The notes beneath the pieces are model-generated. The model saw only the letters and a program-made list of their open reading frames with translations, made no database searches and was not told where the DNA came from. Shown piece after piece: positions 40,892 through 50,954 of a stretch of DNA of 64,000 nt (the stretch's first letter is position 1; each line of letters opens with the position of its first letter). Source of the DNA: Terriglobia bacterium (lineage in GTDB: Bacteria; Acidobacteriota; Terriglobia; Acidiferrales; UBA7541); contig OY968796.1 of NCBI GenBank assembly GCA_963695545.1, positions 416,001 through 480,000 of the forward strand, written 5' to 3'. The position numbers and the translations under genes are program-made.

Positions 40892-43339
40892 ATGCCCAGT
40901 GGCGCACGAAAAATTCCAGTGCAAAGGAAAATAGGATTCTTTGCTCGCGGCGCGCGCGCATTGTGGCGACGCCGCGTGCCTCTGGCGATCAGTCTCGGAC
41001 TGATGATCGCCGCGCTCGGAATTTATCTCGTGGCCTTCGTCGGCGAACGGCCCACGCCAACCTTCGATTTCATTCATCGCCTCGAACTCGACGCCCTGGA
41101 CACACGCTTCCGCCTGCGCCCGCCGCGCGATACGCATCCCGATCCGCGCATCGTGATCGTCGATATCGATCAGCGCTCGCAGGAAGTCCTGGGCCGCTGG
41201 CCGTTTTCGCGCGCCGAATTCGCGCGCATGCTGGACGCGCTGCACGATGACGGTGCCGCGGTCGTGGGCTTTGACATCACCTTCAGCAAGCCCGACGAAA
41301 GCTCGGCGCCAATTCGCGAACTGGCCGCTCAATTGGCGGACCAGGAAAAGCAGCAAGGCGCGCGGGTCGATCCTATCGTTCAGCAGGACCTCGATCGCCT
41401 GGCGCACGCCTCCGATCCAGACGATCAATTTGCTCAGGCCATCCGGCGTTTCGGGCCCGTGGTGATCGGCAACTTTTTTCTGTACTCCGAAGCGGATTTA
41501 GAAGGAGTCAGCCAGCAATCGCTTGATCGCTACGCGAATATTCTTTCCGATTTCCCGTTTCCGCTGGAGCGCGCCGAAAATCCGAAGACCGGCCCCGACG
41601 ATCTCGTTCGTCTGATGCAATCGTACGAGCCGTGGGGACTCACGCCGCGCGGGACGCAAGCGAATCTTGAAACGCTAAGCGCGGCGCTTCTCGATGCGCA
41701 CGGCCAAACCGGGTTCTTCAACGTCGAACCCGATCCCGATGGCGTGGTGCGTCACGCGCTACTCGTATTGCCGTATGGTCGCTCGAAAGATCCGGCCGAT
41801 TGGGATCTCTACGCGTCGCTCGATGTGCAGACCGTGCGATTGTTCCTGCATGTGCCGGACGATCAGATGTCGGTAGACTTCGGCCCCGCCGGAATCTCGG
41901 AAATCGAATTCGGGCCCGGGCTTGCCGTGCATCCGGATCCGATCGGCCGCCTGCTGATCAATTATCAAGGCCCTGTGCGGACCTACCAATACGTTTCCAT
42001 GGCCGATGTTGTGAAGCGCACGTTCGCGCCCGGCACTTTTAAAGGAAAAATCGTGCTGGTGGGCGCATCAGCCACGGGAATCGGCGATCTGCGCTCCACT
42101 CCGTATGGCGGCCTGGATTATCCCGGCGTTGAAATCCACGCCAACGTGATCGACAACATTCTGAATCGCCATTCGCTCAAGCGAGGGCCGAAACAGGTCG
42201 CGTGGGACATCGCGTTGATTTTCTTTTTCGGCATCCCAGTAGGCGTGTGGCTCGCGTTCGGTGGCCCGCGCTGGCTGTGGGCTCCGCTGCTGTTGCTCGT
42301 GCCGTTCGCCTTTGGCGTTTACGATGCGTTCTTGCACGATTGGTGGCTGAATTTCACCATGCCGGCGCTGCTTCTGGTTTCAAACGTGGGTTTGGTGGCG
42401 CTCTACCGCGCATTGATCGAGGAAAAAGAAAAACGCAAAGTTCGCGGAGCCTTTCAACAATATCTGAGCGCCGAAGTTATCCGCCGTTTGCTTGAAAGCC
42501 CCGAATTGCTCGAGCCGCGCCGCACGGAAATCACCGTGATGTTCAGCGACGTGCGCGGATTCACCACGATTTCTGAAAAACTCGACGCGCAGGAATTGGC
42601 GGCGCTGCTCAATCAATATCTCAACGATATGACGCGCATCGTGTTCGATCGCGGCGGCACGCTCGATAAATATATCGGCGACGCGGTGATGGCTTTCTGG
42701 GGCGCGCCGATCGAGCAATCCGATCACGCAGCGAATGCATGCCGCGCCGCGGTTGAAATGATGCAGCGTCTTGCGCCTCTGCAACGACAATGGCAATCGG
42801 AAGGCAAACCACATCTCGACATCGGCATTGGCCTTAACACCGGCGCCGCGTCGGTCGGCAACATGGGCTCCGCGCTGCGCTACGGCTACACGGCGCTGGG
42901 CGACACCGTGAATCTCGCGTCGCGTCTTGAAGGTTTGAACAAGGACTATGGGACGCACATCTTGGTGAGCGAGACTACGTTCGAGCAAGTGACCGACGAG
43001 ACCGCGGCGCAAGCTGACGGCGCGCAATTCGTTTTTCGCGAACTCGACCTGATTCGCGTGAAGGGCAAGACGCAGCCTGTGGGACTTTACGAGCTGATCG
43101 GCGAGCGCGATGCGTTAGGCGACTCCGCCGATCTCGACGAGCGTCTCGCACAATTCGCGCGCGGCCGCGCGCTCTATCGCGAGCGGCGATGGGCGGAAGC
43201 GCAATCCGTTTTTGCGAGCATCGCTGAGCGCTGGCCCGACGACGGTCCCGCGCGCGTCTTCCGCGATCGATGTGAAAGTTACTTGATTGAAGAGCCCGAA
43301 CCCGGCTGGGACGGCGTCTTCACGATGACGCACAAATAG
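40892..43339 (+). CDS. CHASE2-domain class III adenylate cyclase with C-terminal TPR-like segment
   Basis: IVIVDID..SQ..LGRWP, PDPDGVVR, PGVEIHA; FSDVRGFT, DKYIGDAVMA, YTALGDTVNLASRLE. Confidence 0.95.
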   Translation: MPSGARKIPVQRKIGFFARGARALWRRRVPLAISLGLMIAALGIYLVAFVGERPTPTFDFIHRLELDALDTRFRLRPPRDTHPDPRIVIVDIDQRSQEVLGRWPFSRAEFARMLDALHDDGAAVVGFDITFSKPDESSAPIRELAAQLADQEKQQGARVDPIVQQDLDRLAHASDPDDQFAQAIRRFGPVVIGNFFLYSEADLEGVSQQSLDRYANILSDFPFPLERAENPKTGPDDLVRLMQSYEPWGLTPRGTQANLETLSAALLDAHGQTGFFNVEPDPDGVVRHALLVLPYGRSKDPADWDLYASLDVQTVRLFLHVPDDQMSVDFGPAGISEIEFGPGLAVHPDPIGRLLINYQGPVRTYQYVSMADVVKRTFAPGTFKGKIVLVGASATGIGDLRSTPYGGLDYPGVEIHANVIDNILNRHSLKRGPKQVAWDIALIFFFGIPVGVWLAFGGPRWLWAPLLLLVPFAFGVYDAFLHDWWLNFTMPALLLVSNVGLVALYRALIEEKEKRKVRGAFQQYLSAEVIRRLLESPELLEPRRTEITVMFSDVRGFTTISEKLDAQELAALLNQYLNDMTRIVFDRGGTLDKYIGDAVMAFWGAPIEQSDHAANACRAAVEMMQRLAPLQRQWQSEGKPHLDIGIGLNTGAASVGNMGSALRYGYTALGDTVNLASRLEGLNKDYGTHILVSETTFEQVTDETAAQADGAQFVFRELDLIRVKGKTQPVGLYELIGERDALGDSADLDERLAQFARGRALYRERRWAEAQSVFASIAERWPDDGPARVFRDRCESYLIEEPEPGWDGVFTMTHK

Positions 43340-43387
43340 GACGCCGCGATCGCGGCGCGCGGCGTCGCTGCAACGATTCGTTCCGCG

Positions 43388-43732
43388 CTAGCCCGGCGGC
43401 CAGCCAAATTCCCTTCCGCCGAGCACGTGCAAATGCAGATGGAACACGCTTTGCCCGGCTTCCGGTCCATTGTTGAACACGGTGCGAAAATCTGTGCGCT
43501 TTCGCTCGCGAGCCAATTTTGCACCGACGAGAAGAATTCGCCCCAGTAGCCCGGCGTCTTCCGCCACAGCCTCGCGCAGTGACACGAGATGTTTACGCGG
43601 GCAAATCAGAATATGATCGGGCGCCTGCGGATTGATGTCCTCGAACGCGAAAATTTCCGGATCTTCGTAGACCAGCTTCGCGGGAATTTCCTTCCGCCCG
43701 ATGCGGCAGAATAGGCAGTCGCTCTCTCCCAT
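43388..43732 (-). CDS. HIT-family nucleotide hydrolase
   Basis: CLFCRI, DINPQAP, HLHLH, WPPG. Confidence 0.95.
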   Translation of the reverse strand: MGESDCLFCRIGRKEIPAKLVYEDPEIFAFEDINPQAPDHILICPRKHLVSLREAVAEDAGLLGRILLVGAKLARERKRTDFRTVFNNGPEAGQSVFHLHLHVLGGREFGWPPG

Positions 43733-43789
43733 TTTCGTCTCCCTTACTTCGGAATCGCGCGATCCCGCGGAAATTTTAGCATCGCTCCG

Positions 43790-44680
43790 TTAATTTACGG
43801 GATCGACGCGCACCACAAACGCCGTGTAACCGTGTTCGGCCTGCAATTGCGCCGCAACTTCCTGCGCCGCGGCCTCAAACGTATACCTGCCGACAAAAAC
43901 GCGATACACCGCGCCGGTCGGCAAATCGAATTTCTGAACGGAGACGCTTGGATAGCTCACGGTGAGCTGGTCGCGCAGCTTATCGGCCTTGGCCGCGTCA
44001 GCGAACGCGCCGATTTGCACGGCGAATATGCCCACCTTCACGTCAGTCGTTGCGGCAGGCGTTCCAGTGGGCGTTACAGCTTGCGCTTTGGCGGGCGCGG
44101 CAGGCGTGCCTGCGGGGCTGGCAGGCAATTCGATGGGACCGGCGGAAACCAACTCAAGGCGCACAGGCGCTGTGCCAGTGGCTACGATGTCGAGCGCCTT
44201 CGCCGCCGCGAGGGACAGATCGATGATGCGCCCTTCGACGAACGGGCCGCGATCGATGATGCGCACTTCTGTCTGCAAACCGTTACTGAGATTGGTGACG
44301 CGCACAATGCTATTGAACGGCAGCGTGCGGTGCGCGGCGGTCATCTGATTCATGTCGTAGATTTCGCCGTCGGATGCGCGGCGCCCCTGAAACGGAAATC
44401 CGTACCACGACGCCACGCCTTCTTCGACATAGCCCGCGCCGCTCTCGCCGGCGACGGGGGCTTGCGGTGCGGAACCGCGCGGCTTGCTCGCAGAGGGCGC
44501 ACCGGGAGTTGAAGTTGGCGGTTGAGTTGAAGACGGCGTTGGGGGCGGAGGAACATTCGCGGTCGCGGCGCGATGCGCGCAGCCCGCAGAAAATAAAATC
44601 ACCGAGAGCAACGCGCCGAGAGCACTCGCGCGCGGCCAACGTGGACCTCGCGGTGCGCGCGTGGCCGGGAACGAAATCAC
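43790..44680 (-). CDS. rlpA: RlpA-family lytic transglycosylase lipoprotein with SPOR domain
   Basis: Lipobox SAGC, GVASWYG, TAAHRTLP, DRGPF, VQIGAF. Confidence 0.92.
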   Translation of the reverse strand: MISFPATRAPRGPRWPRASALGALLSVILFSAGCAHRAATANVPPPPTPSSTQPPTSTPGAPSASKPRGSAPQAPVAGESGAGYVEEGVASWYGFPFQGRRASDGEIYDMNQMTAAHRTLPFNSIVRVTNLSNGLQTEVRIIDRGPFVEGRIIDLSLAAAKALDIVATGTAPVRLELVSAGPIELPASPAGTPAAPAKAQAVTPTGTPAATTDVKVGIFAVQIGAFADAAKADKLRDQLTVSYPSVSVQKFDLPTGAVYRVFVGRYTFEAAAQEVAAQLQAEHGYTAFVVRVDPVN

Positions 44681-44693
44681 GACGGGGCCAGCG

Positions 44694-44876
44694 TCATTTC
44701 TTCTTCTTAAGGCTTTCGTCCAACCGGTCGGCCGCTTTGTTCAAACGCACGGCGGCTTGGCGAAGCGTTTCGGCGGTCTTGCGCGTGGTTTGCGGTTTGA
44801 TTTCCGTTTCGATCAGCTTGCGAACGCGGGCGAATTCCGCATCCACCTTACGGCCGATTTCTTCCCAAGAATCCAT
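44694..44876 (-). CDS. Small hypothetical amphipathic helical protein
   Basis: 60 aa, AAGGAG RBS, charged helical pattern. Confidence 0.7.
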   Translation of the reverse strand: MDSWEEIGRKVDAEFARVRKLIETEIKPQTTRKTAETLRQAAVRLNKAADRLDESLKKKK

Positions 44877-45000
44877 GAGCGCTCCTTGACGATTGATTCG
44901 CTTGCGACGGGTGACGCGCCGCGCGCGCCGCGCTTTTCGTTTGCGGCAATTTTTTCGATATTATAGGCGTGCGTTCCGGCGCCAGCAAGGAGAAGACCTC

Positions 45001-45915
45001 GTGCCGCTTTCACCGCGCTTGCGCTATCGTCTGGAGCGCTGGCGCACCACCGTAAAAGGATGGTTTCACTCCGAGCCGACGCAGCAGCGCCCACGCATTT
45101 GCCCGAAGTGCGGATCGCTTGCGGGCGTGGGCACTTCGCACTGCCCGCAGTGCGGCGCGAATCTTAATTTTTCGCTCGCGGCGGCAAGTAAATCCTTCAG
45201 CCGATTTCTGCCGCAGACTTCGCCGGCGACTTATTTTATCGTCGCGCTGTGTGCATTGCTCTATGGCTTGAGCTACGTGCTCACGATGCGCACCGGCGGA
45301 GCACCGTCGGGCAGCCTGTTCGACATCGGCGGAATTTCGCCTGACGTGCTGGATCGCCTGGGCGCGTCGCGTCCGCTTCCGTTTGATATCGCGGAGCCGT
45401 GGCGCCTGATCACGGCGGTATTTCTTCACGGCAGCTTGCTGCACATCGGCTTCAATATGTGGGTGCTGATGGATATCGGCCCGATGGTCGAAGAGCTTTA
45501 CGGTTCGGCGCGTTATTTTTTTGTCTTCGTGCTTACGGGCGCGCTCGGTTACGTCGTGAGCGCGGCATTTGGACACTTCAGCATCGGCGCGTCGGGCGCG
45601 TTGCTGGGATTGATCGGTTTGCTGCTCGCGGCAACCACGAGTCGATCGAGCTCCGGCATGCAGATGCTGCGAAAGCGACTGATTTATTTCCTGGTCTATA
45701 TCGCGATTTTCGGACTGCTGATGCGCGGCACGGACAACGCAGCCCACGCGGGCGGACTGGTTTCCGGATTCGTGCTCGGAAAGCTTATCAGCGATCGCCC
45801 TCCCGCCGGAGTTTCCGAAGAGCGGCGCGCGCAAACCATGGGTTGGCTGGCCGGGGTCGCGGTGGCTGCGAGCTTCGTGATGATGCTGCTGAGCTATTTC
45901 CGCGGACAGGGATAG
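45001..45915 (+). CDS. Rhomboid intramembrane serine protease with N-terminal zinc ribbon
   Basis: CPKC...CPQC, WRLITAVFLH...HIGFN, GASG, AHAGG; GTG start after AGGAG. Confidence 0.92.
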   Translation: MPLSPRLRYRLERWRTTVKGWFHSEPTQQRPRICPKCGSLAGVGTSHCPQCGANLNFSLAAASKSFSRFLPQTSPATYFIVALCALLYGLSYVLTMRTGGAPSGSLFDIGGISPDVLDRLGASRPLPFDIAEPWRLITAVFLHGSLLHIGFNMWVLMDIGPMVEELYGSARYFFVFVLTGALGYVVSAAFGHFSIGASGALLGLIGLLLAATTSRSSSGMQMLRKRLIYFLVYIAIFGLLMRGTDNAAHAGGLVSGFVLGKLISDRPPAGVSEERRAQTMGWLAGVAVAASFVMMLLSYFRGQG

Positions 45916-45949
45916 ACCGTGGACGCGAGCGAACGAGAGCGCGGAGCGA

Positions 45950-46498
45950 TCAGGCACTGAGCCTCCGGGCGACCACCACGCTGTAGTGCAATCCGGAAAA
46001 AACGGTGAGCGCGGCGACCGCGTCGCGCAACACCAGGTGCGACACTTCAAGCCATCGCCAATTCGTCACGGCCAGCGCGAGCACGCAGAATACGAACAAA
46101 ATCTGCACGAGCGTGGTGGCCTTTCCGAAAAAGCTCGGCGGAAACGTCCGGAATCCCAGCACCAGCAGAATCACTACGGCCGTGGTGAGCAACAGAACAT
46201 CGCGGCTGAGCACCAGAATCGCGAGCCACCAGTGAACTTTTCCGCGCAGCGCCAGCACCACGAATGAAGACGAGAGAAGCAGCTTGTCGGCGATCGGATC
46301 GAAGTACGCGCCGACGGCGCTTTTCTGTTTGAGCATGCGCGCGAGGAGGCCGTCGAGGCCGTCGGTGAGCGCCGCCAGCGTGAGCAGGCCGAGCGCCCAA
46401 TCGTAGTGAGCGTAAAGAATGGCGATCAAATAAAACGGCAAAAATCCGAGACGCAGAAAGGTCAACTGATTCGGAACCGTAAAAATACGGCGGCGCAT
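45950..46498 (-). CDS. CDP-alcohol phosphatidyltransferase
   Basis: PNQLT, DGLDGLLAR...GAYFDPIADK. Confidence 0.93.
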   Translation of the reverse strand: MRRRIFTVPNQLTFLRLGFLPFYLIAILYAHYDWALGLLTLAALTDGLDGLLARMLKQKSAVGAYFDPIADKLLLSSSFVVLALRGKVHWWLAILVLSRDVLLLTTAVVILLVLGFRTFPPSFFGKATTLVQILFVFCVLALAVTNWRWLEVSHLVLRDAVAALTVFSGLHYSVVVARRLSA

Positions 46499-46509
46499 GG
46501 CTGGCCGGC

Positions 46510-46818
46510 TCAGGCGAACTGCGCGAGGTAATCGCGCAGCGAGCGGCCCACCTTGCGCTCAAAACCTTCGGCCACGGAGGGAATCGAGCCACGCGGCTCG
46601 TCAAGCGCGATGCGTTCTACGCGCTGCATCGGAAAAAAAAGTGTGGGCAGGCCGACGCGCTCGCCTTCGGGGTCGCGCACCTGGAGAACGAAATCGTCGA
46701 AGGAATTAAGATCAATGCCGCGCACGGTGATTCCGGCTTGTTGCAATTCCACGAGCTCGCCCCAGATTTTTTCTTTCGGCGTGTGCAGGCTGACGATGAC
46801 GATGGAGTTCGGTTGCAT
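46510..46818 (-). CDS. Hypothetical protein
   Basis: 102-aa ORF with typical codon usage, co-oriented with neighbours. Confidence 0.75.
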   Translation of the reverse strand: MQPNSIVIVSLHTPKEKIWGELVELQQAGITVRGIDLNSFDDFVLQVRDPEGERVGLPTLFFPMQRVERIALDEPRGSIPSVAEGFERKVGRSLRDYLAQFA

Positions 46819-46950
46819 GAGTCGGGTTCGCTCCCAAGCGAAGCTAGCGATCTATTGCAGCTATCCTAGCGCATCCGGGCGGCGGGACGGGGCCGCTGTG
46901 TGCGAATGCGGCGGAAGCGTCAGCGTGCGGCGCGGCGGCGGCGAACCGCG

Positions 46951-47628
46951 TCAGACGCGGATGGTCCTTAAGTCTGGCGCGACGCGTAACTGCGATTCGG
47001 TCATCTTCTGCACTTCGGCGGTCGTGACGCCGGGCGCGATCTCGCGCAACAGCAGGCCTTCGGGCGTGACTTCGATCACCGCGAGTTCCGTGACGATCAT
47101 GTTCACAACGCCGGCGCCGGTGAGCGGCAGAGTGCACTGGCGCAAAATTTTCGGACGGCCTTCCTTGGTGGCGTGGTCCATCGCGATGATCACGCGGCGC
47201 GCGCCGGCGACGAGATCCATCGCGCCGCCCATGCCTTTGAGCATTTTGCCGGGAATCGCCCAGTTCGCAAGATTGCCATGCTCATCGACTTCGAGCGCGC
47301 CGAGCACGGTCAAATCCACGTGGCTTCCGCGCACCATGCCGAAGGAATCGGCGCTCGAAAAATAACTGCTGCCGAGAACTTCGGTGACGGTTTCCTTGCC
47401 GGCGTTGATCAGATCCGGGTCCTCTTCGCCTTCCCACGGATACGGGCCGACGCCGAGCATGCCGTTTTCCGATTGGAGCACGACTTCCATTCCGTCGGGA
47501 ATGAAATTGGCGACGAGGGTGGGCGTGCCGATGCCGAGATTCACGTACATGCCGTCGCGCAGCTCTTGCGCCACGCGCTTGGCGATGAATTCGCGGCGTT
47601 CGATTTCGTTCAGTGCCATCAGTGCCAT
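46951..47628 (-). CDS. scoB: 3-oxoacid CoA-transferase subunit B
   Basis: [29 protein letters not shown]. Confidence 0.93.
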   Translation of the reverse strand: MALMALNEIERREFIAKRVAQELRDGMYVNLGIGTPTLVANFIPDGMEVVLQSENGMLGVGPYPWEGEEDPDLINAGKETVTEVLGSSYFSSADSFGMVRGSHVDLTVLGALEVDEHGNLANWAIPGKMLKGMGGAMDLVAGARRVIIAMDHATKEGRPKILRQCTLPLTGAGVVNMIVTELAVIEVTPEGLLLREIAPGVTTAEVQKMTESQLRVAPDLRTIRV

Positions 47629-47644
47629 TCGCTCAGTACTATTT

Positions 47645-47691
47645 GAAGCAATGCGCTCCGCGCGGGCCGGCTCAACAATGCGCTCCGCGCA
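47645..47691 (-). repeat. Two tandem copies of the ~20-bp motif also seen at 40073-40119
   Basis: Minus strand tgcgcggagcgcattgttga and cgcgcggagcgcattgcttc, 27 bp apart. Confidence 0.7.
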
Positions 47692-47768
47692 CGCCGGGCG
47701 CCTCGATTTGCCACTAGTGCCTTCTCATAAATGCCGCGCGGAATCAACAGGACAGCGGCGCGGGAGGG

Positions 47769-47795
47769 AAAACCTCAGGAGATGCCTGAGGTTTT
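47769..47795. terminator. Perfect 11-bp hairpin, possible bidirectional terminator
   Basis: AAAACCTCAGG-agatg-CCTGAGGTTTT. Confidence 0.6.
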
Positions 47796-47834
47796 GAGAT
47801 TTCGGAGGCACTATATACACCCCCGGTATATTTT

Positions 47835-47964
47835 GCGAAAGAGCTGTAAACAAAGGAGATGCAGGAAAAGAGTGCGCATGAGTGTGAAAACACAGGGGTG
47901 TAATGTTTCGTGTTTTCAATGAATTGCGCACTCTTTTGTAAGAATATGAAAACAAGTTATTTGC
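47835..47964. repeat. Four copies of a ~27-bp motif centred on TGAAAACA, one inverted
   Basis: 47835-47862, 47874-47902, 47901-47929 (reverse), 47938-47964; AAAAGAGTGCGCA...TGCGCACTCTTTT palindrome. Confidence 0.65.
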
Positions 47965-48077
47965 GGGTGCAAAAAACAACGAGAAATGCGTCGACGGACG
48001 CGCTGCGACGGGGGCGGATGAGGCGGGACAAGGACCGACAGCATGGAAATCGAGCTTTTGTCGCGTGTTCATACCAC

Positions 48078-48106
48078 CTTATAGCAAGATAAGCGAAACC
48101 TGTCAA
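48078..48106 (-). promoter_or_regulatory. Near-consensus sigma70 promoter firing into the repeat element
   Basis: TTGACA-17 nt-TATAAG on the minus strand. Confidence 0.7.
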
Positions 48107-48324
48107 TGGTATTCTGTGAGTATACTATTCGAATAGACTCCGGCGACGATCTTCCGCGCCATTCGAAACGACTGTGCCACTCGTACGGAGCCTTCGCGAA
48201 ATCGCCAAGCGTGCTTCGCAAGGGCGGGATGGAACGCCACCGGGCCAAAGAACCGGCGAATCGCCCGGCGGGAAACGACGGGCCGTTGACTTGGCGTCTG
48301 TAGCGGGTGAGAATCCGCCTGTCC

Positions 48325-49272
48325 ATGATTCACCTTGAAAATATCACGAAGGAATATGATGCGCCTTCCGGCAACGCGGGGAGCATCGTGGCAGCCCGCA
48401 AACTTACTCTCGACGTACCGGCCGGCGAGATATTCGGGCTGGTGGGGCCGAACGGAGCGGGAAAGACGACGACGCTGAAGATGATTTGCGGATTGATCGC
48501 GCCGACGGCCGGACGCGTGACGGTGAACGGCATCGACGTCGCGACACAGCCCGAAGACGCGCAGCAGTTTATCGGTTACCTTGCGGATTTTTTTTCTCTC
48601 TATGACGACCTGAAGGTGTGGGAGTACCTCGAATATTTCGCGCGCGCTTACAAGATGGATCGGACAGCGATACCCGAGCGGGTCGACCAAGTGATCCGGC
48701 AGATCGGCCTGGAGTCAAAGCGTGACTCGCTGATTCACGGTCTTTCTCGCGGGATGAAGCAGCGAGTGGGCATCGGGCGCGCGATCATTCACGATCCGCT
48801 GCTGCTGATTCTTGATGAGCCGGCGGCGGGACTGGATCCGAAGGCGCGCGTGGATCTTAAGGAGTTGCTGCGCGATCTGCACGCGAAAGGCAAGACCATC
48901 TTCATCACGTCTCACATTCTTTCGGACCTCGAAGAGGTATGCACATCAGTCGCGGTGATCGAGAAGGGGCAGCTGTTGCGCGTAGGGCGCCTGGAAGAAG
49001 TGATGCGCGACGGCCGGGCGGTGCGCCGGATTCGCATCCGGCTCGCCGCGGCGGATGAATCGATCGGCGCGCTGCTCGGGGCGCGGCCTGACGTGACGGA
49101 GCTTGCGAGCGGAACGACGGGAGTTGAATTTTCATTCAGCGGCGACGACGCGCGTCTGGCCGAATTGGTGAGAGAACTGGTGAGCGGCGGCGCGCCGATT
49201 TGCGGCGTGCAAGAGATCTCCGAAAATCTGGAACAACTCTATATGCGGATTTCAAGCGGTGAGGTCTCTTGA
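48325..49272 (+). CDS. ABC transporter ATP-binding protein (CcmA/DrrA-like)
   Basis: GPNGAGKT, LSRGMKQR, ILDEP, ITSH. Confidence 0.94.
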   Translation: MIHLENITKEYDAPSGNAGSIVAARKLTLDVPAGEIFGLVGPNGAGKTTTLKMICGLIAPTAGRVTVNGIDVATQPEDAQQFIGYLADFFSLYDDLKVWEYLEYFARAYKMDRTAIPERVDQVIRQIGLESKRDSLIHGLSRGMKQRVGIGRAIIHDPLLLILDEPAAGLDPKARVDLKELLRDLHAKGKTIFITSHILSDLEEVCTSVAVIEKGQLLRVGRLEEVMRDGRAVRRIRIRLAAADESIGALLGARPDVTELASGTTGVEFSFSGDDARLAELVRELVSGGAPICGVQEISENLEQLYMRISSGEVS

Positions 49273-50807
49273 GCCTCACGGGATTCTTTCCGGAATTGGT
49301 GCGGAACGGCCGCATCCAGATGCGTCCGAAGCGGATGCTGGCGGCGGCGTCGATCTGCGCTGTGGTGTCGTTCACCACATATTTGAACTACCGACACCCG
49401 TTTATGCCGGAGGCTCTGCTGGAGTTGTTTGTGAACGCGGGCGTGACCGTCCTGATCCTCGGCGGAGGGATTCTGTGCTTGCAATCGATCCACCGCGAAA
49501 AAGAACTCAACACGTTCGATTACCAGCGTATTACGCGGCTTACGCCGCTCGAACTGACGCTCGGCAAACTCTTCGGTGCTCCGAGCCTGGCATATTTCAT
49601 CGTGCTTTGCCTGGCGCCGATCACGCTGGCCGCGGCATTTCTATCGGGCGTAAGCTTGGTAACGATCCTGTGGATCTACGCGATCGTACTGCTCGGAACG
49701 ATCACCTATCACGCGTTTGCGCTGCTGGTCTCTCTGATGGCGGGGCGAGGCAGTTCGGCCGGCATTATCATTTTCTTCCTAATCGCCGTTTACGTGAGTG
49801 CGTTTGTCGAGGGCGACCGCAGCAGCATGCTCGCTCTGCGCATGATCAGTCCGTACTTCGCGGCGCAACTACCGCGCGCCAGCGATGCGCCGAACCCATG
49901 GGTTGTGGGACCACGACTGCCCGGAGGCAAGGACTTGCTGTTCGGCGTGACGGTTCCTCACGTTCTTGTTCTGGTGGCGCTGTACGTGACCTTGACGGGA
50001 TGGTTTTTGCTGGCGCTGACGAGAAACATTAAGCGCGATCCTTCGATGTACGAAATCTATTCGCCACTGCAGGCATTTGGATTTGTGCTCTATCTGCACC
50101 TGATTGTGCTCGCCTTTTATCAGTGGACGCGACTATTCTCCCACTGGACTAGCGGAGCGTCGCCGTATTTCAGCGCTGACGAAAACCAGGTAGCCCCCGC
50201 GCAAGCCGAGCATGAAATTCTGGCGTTCAGTTTGGCGATCTTCATCATTTTTGGCTTGATGCTGCTGCGAAATCGCGAGCGCGTTCGGCACAGGATTTTG
50301 CGACTGGGAGAAGGCGCGGTGAGTTGGTGGGCGGCGCTTTGGCCTGGGCCCTATCTTCTGGGTGGCGTGCTGACGGTGGGCCTCGCAATGATCGCGATGA
50401 TCTGGCACAAGTTGCATCCCGAGACGGAGTGGAGTTTTGGGATGGCATTTTTTCAAGTGTGTTTTCTCGCCGCGTGGGTGACGCGCGACGCGATCTACCT
50501 GCAATGGATGAATTTGCGGCGCGGACGGCGTTCGCTGACGGCCGGGTTGATTTACCTGATCGTGTTCTACGTTTGCTCGAGCGCCTTGTGGGCAGGATTG
50601 AGCTTTTACCGTGCGGAAGGCCGCACCTTCGGCGCCTTCAACGCCTATTTGGTGCCGTGGACGATCTTCGGAATGGATTTCGACAGTTGGATGGGCGCTT
50701 CGAGGATATGGCTGGGCGCTCTGGCCATTTTGGCGGGTGAGGCACTGGTGTTCGCGGCGCTGCAGAGATCGCAGCTGATGAAACTGCGCGAGTCCGCGAG
50801 CGTGTGA
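49269..50807 (+). CDS. ABC-2-like multi-pass permease
   Basis: About 12 TM segments, SIHREKELNTFD...LTLGKL motif, overlaps ATPase stop. Confidence 0.8.
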   Translation: MSLTGFFPELVRNGRIQMRPKRMLAAASICAVVSFTTYLNYRHPFMPEALLELFVNAGVTVLILGGGILCLQSIHREKELNTFDYQRITRLTPLELTLGKLFGAPSLAYFIVLCLAPITLAAAFLSGVSLVTILWIYAIVLLGTITYHAFALLVSLMAGRGSSAGIIIFFLIAVYVSAFVEGDRSSMLALRMISPYFAAQLPRASDAPNPWVVGPRLPGGKDLLFGVTVPHVLVLVALYVTLTGWFLLALTRNIKRDPSMYEIYSPLQAFGFVLYLHLIVLAFYQWTRLFSHWTSGASPYFSADENQVAPAQAEHEILAFSLAIFIIFGLMLLRNRERVRHRILRLGEGAVSWWAALWPGPYLLGGVLTVGLAMIAMIWHKLHPETEWSFGMAFFQVCFLAAWVTRDAIYLQWMNLRRGRRSLTAGLIYLIVFYVCSSALWAGLSFYRAEGRTFGAFNAYLVPWTIFGMDFDSWMGASRIWLGALAILAGEALVFAALQRSQLMKLRESASV

Positions 50808-50954
50808 GTACGAAACCTATCGCGCTCACGTTCCACGATGGGCTGCTCGGCTCAGCCCCTGGCGCGGTGCGACAAAACAATAGCTGGATTAACCGGGTCG
50901 TCCGACATGCCGGATTTTGCGATCGCGCCGACTAGATTGCGGCGGCGCGACGGC

